The translations under genes were made by a program, and so were the position numbers. This document shows positions 30,507 through 32,000 of a stretch of DNA of 32,000 nucleotides, in pieces (within the stretch, counting starts at the first letter, position 1; each line of letters opens with the position of its first letter). This DNA comes from Buchnera aphidicola (Therioaphis trifolii) (lineage in GTDB: Bacteria > Pseudomonadota > Gammaproteobacteria > Enterobacterales > Enterobacteriaceae): contig NZ_CP032996.1 in the NCBI RefSeq assembly GCF_005080705.1, positions 60,001 to 92,000 on the forward strand. Reading direction: 5' to 3'. Under the pieces are notes generated by a model that saw only the letters and a list, made by a program, of their open reading frames with translations, ran no database searches and had not been told where the DNA came from.

Positions 30507-31553
30507 ATGAAAAAAACAGATGAACTTCGTACATTACATATTGATCCCTTGGTTACTCCTTCGGATTTAGCAAAACGTTATCCTTTAACATCAAATATTA
30601 TTGATAATGTTATATTAACAAGAAATCATATTGCTAATATTCTTACTGGTAAAGATAAACGTTTATTAGTTATAATTGGTCCTTGTTCAGTACATGATCC
30701 AGATGCTGCTGTAGAATATGCAAGTCAATTATATACATTACGTAAAAAATATTCTTTTCAACTTGAAATTATTATGCGTACATATTTTGAAAAACCTAGA
30801 ACTGTAGTTGGGTGGAAAGGATTAATTTCTGATCCTGATCTTGATAATAGTTTTAAAGTTAATCATGGACTTTCTGTAGCACGTAAATTACTTTTAGATA
30901 TTAATAAAATAGGTATGCCAGCTGCTACAGAATTTTTAGATATTGTTATTGGTCAATTTATAGCAGATTTAATTAGTTGGGGTGCAATTGGCGCAAGAAC
31001 TACTGAGAGTCAAATTCATAGGGAAATGGCATCTTCTCTTTCTTGTCCAGTGGGTTTTAAAAATGGAACAGATGGTAATATTAATATTGCTATTGATGCA
31101 ATTCGTGCTGCTCAATCAAAGCATGTATTTTTTGCACCAAATAAAGATGGTCAAATGACTATTAATTATACTAGTGGAAATCCCTTTGCGCATATTATTA
31201 TGCGAGGTGGAAAAAATCCTAATTATCATGCTTATGATATTAAAAAAGCAGTAAAAAAATTAAAAAAATTTCAATTACCTGAATATTTAATGATTGATTT
31301 TAGTCATGGAAATTGTTTAAAACAACATAAAATGCAATGTCATGTTGCTGATTCAATTTGTAAACAAATTATAGATGGTACAAAAAATATTTCTGGTGTT
31401 ATGATTGAAAGTTTTTTAAAAGAAGGATCTCAAAATGTTGTTCCTAAAAAAGATTTAATATATGGTAAATCCATTACTGATCCATGTTTAGGGTGGGAAG
31501 ATACTAAATTAATTCTTGAACAGTTAGCTAAAGCTATTAATTATCGTTTATAA
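30507..31553 (+). CDS. aroH: DAHP synthase (AroH-type)
   Basis: DELRT..I..LVTP..LA.RYP, KDKRLLVIIGPCS, MRTYFEKPRTVVGWKGLISDPDL, ISWGAIGARTTESQIHREMAS and SITDPCLGWEDT are nearly identical to E. coli AroH. Length is 348 aa in both. AAGGAA is the Shine-Dalgarno sequence. Confidence 0.95.
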   Translation: MKKTDELRTLHIDPLVTPSDLAKRYPLTSNIIDNVILTRNHIANILTGKDKRLLVIIGPCSVHDPDAAVEYASQLYTLRKKYSFQLEIIMRTYFEKPRTVVGWKGLISDPDLDNSFKVNHGLSVARKLLLDINKIGMPAATEFLDIVIGQFIADLISWGAIGARTTESQIHREMASSLSCPVGFKNGTDGNINIAIDAIRAAQSKHVFFAPNKDGQMTINYTSGNPFAHIIMRGGKNPNYHAYDIKKAVKKLKKFQLPEYLMIDFSHGNCLKQHKMQCHVADSICKQIIDGTKNISGVMIESFLKEGSQNVVPKKDLIYGKSITDPCLGWEDTKLILEQLAKAINYRL

Positions 31554-31560
31554 GTAAAAG

Positions 31561-31594
31561 ACCAGTCAAAATGACTGGTGTTTTTTGTTTTTTT
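31561..31594 (+). terminator. Intrinsic terminator downstream of aroH
   Basis: accagtca (31561-31568), loop aaa, tgactggt (31572-31579), followed by gTTTTTTgTTTTTTT. A G/C-containing 8-bp stem in an otherwise A/T-only spacer. Confidence 0.8.
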
Positions 31595-31690
31595 ATTATT
31601 AATTTAATAATATATATTTAATTTAAAATGTATTACAATATTCTTATATAATTAATAAAATATGTTTAATTTTTTTTAAAAGGGTTTATA

Positions 31691-32000
31691 ATGCCTATTA
31701 TTACATTACCTAATGGAAAAAAAAAAATATATAAAAATGCAATTTCATTAGTAAAAGTAGTAGAGGATATTAAAATAGGATTTTCTAAATTTGTTGTTGG
31801 ATCGATTATTAATGGAAAATTTGTTGATATAAATTTTCATATAAATAAAAATTGTCATATTGATATTTTAACTAAATATGATATTAGATCAATTAATTTA
31901 TTTTCTTATTCATGTATGCAATTATTATCTTATTCATTAAAAAAAGTATGGAAAACATCAAAACTTGGAATTGGTAATATTAATAAAAATATATTTTATT
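31691..32000 (+). CDS. thrS: Threonyl-tRNA synthetase (3' end beyond window)
   Basis: MPIITLPNGKKKIYKNAISLVKVVEDI...IINGKFVD...SYSCMQLLSYSLKKVW is colinear with E. coli ThrS [27 protein letters not shown]...RVNGELVD...RHSCAHLLGHAIKQLW. The frame is open to the window end. Confidence 0.9.
   Translation, partial: MPIITLPNGKKKIYKNAISLVKVVEDIKIGFSKFVVGSIINGKFVDINFHINKNCHIDILTKYDIRSINLFSYSCMQLLSYSLKKVWKTSKLGIGNINKNIFY

Noticed and set aside
7661-31553. Apparent metabolic island: pentose-phosphate genes (talA, tktB, gnd) clustered with shikimate, lysine, histidine and riboflavin genes
   Set aside because: The order mirrors ancestral enterobacterial synteny collapsed by deletion (for example the talA-tktB operon, aroC|smrB, and his-gnd adjacency). 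It is not a newly assembled functional cluster.
31595-31690. Search for a thrS translational operator (tRNA-Thr anticodon-arm mimic) in the leader
   Set aside because: The leader is almost pure A/T, and I could find no stable stem presenting an anticodon-like loop. I cannot support any such element from the sequence.

Overview
This window looks like a syntenic core-chromosome segment of a Buchnera aphidicola-like obligate endosymbiont. The call rests on very low G+C (roughly one fifth by eye), Lys/Asn/Ile-biased proteins, E. coli-like residual gene order, and G+C-richer patches at RNA genes and a few intrinsic-terminator stems. Coding density is very high, and every long ORF has a clear enterobacterial orthologue. 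In order the genes are: a flagellar type III export block (fliI' J M N [O-P fusion] Q R); then rpmG, rpmB, ppa, rnpB and rsmI on the minus strand; fabB; talA-tktB; dapE; dapA; aroC; smrB; the complete hisGDCBHAFI operon; gnd; metG; tilS; tRNA-Val(GAC); ribC; tyrS; sufA; aroH; and thrS' (' marks genes cut by a window edge). I found no mobile elements, CRISPR arrays, defence or toxin systems, or orphan genes of unknown function. I therefore do not think the window holds a novel multi-gene system. The points worth a second look are genome-reduction phenomena. metG has its ATG separated from the HIGH-motif frame by an A10 tract. fliO and fliP are fused in frame and keep an internal signal-peptidase site. 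fliK is cleanly absent and FliM lacks its switch motifs. rnpB sits inside a same-strand gene string, with a near-consensus promoter overlapping the rsmI stop codon. Two convergent gene pairs have no spacer. sufA is an orphan. The his operon has no leader. Many long in-frame homopolymers occur inside genes.
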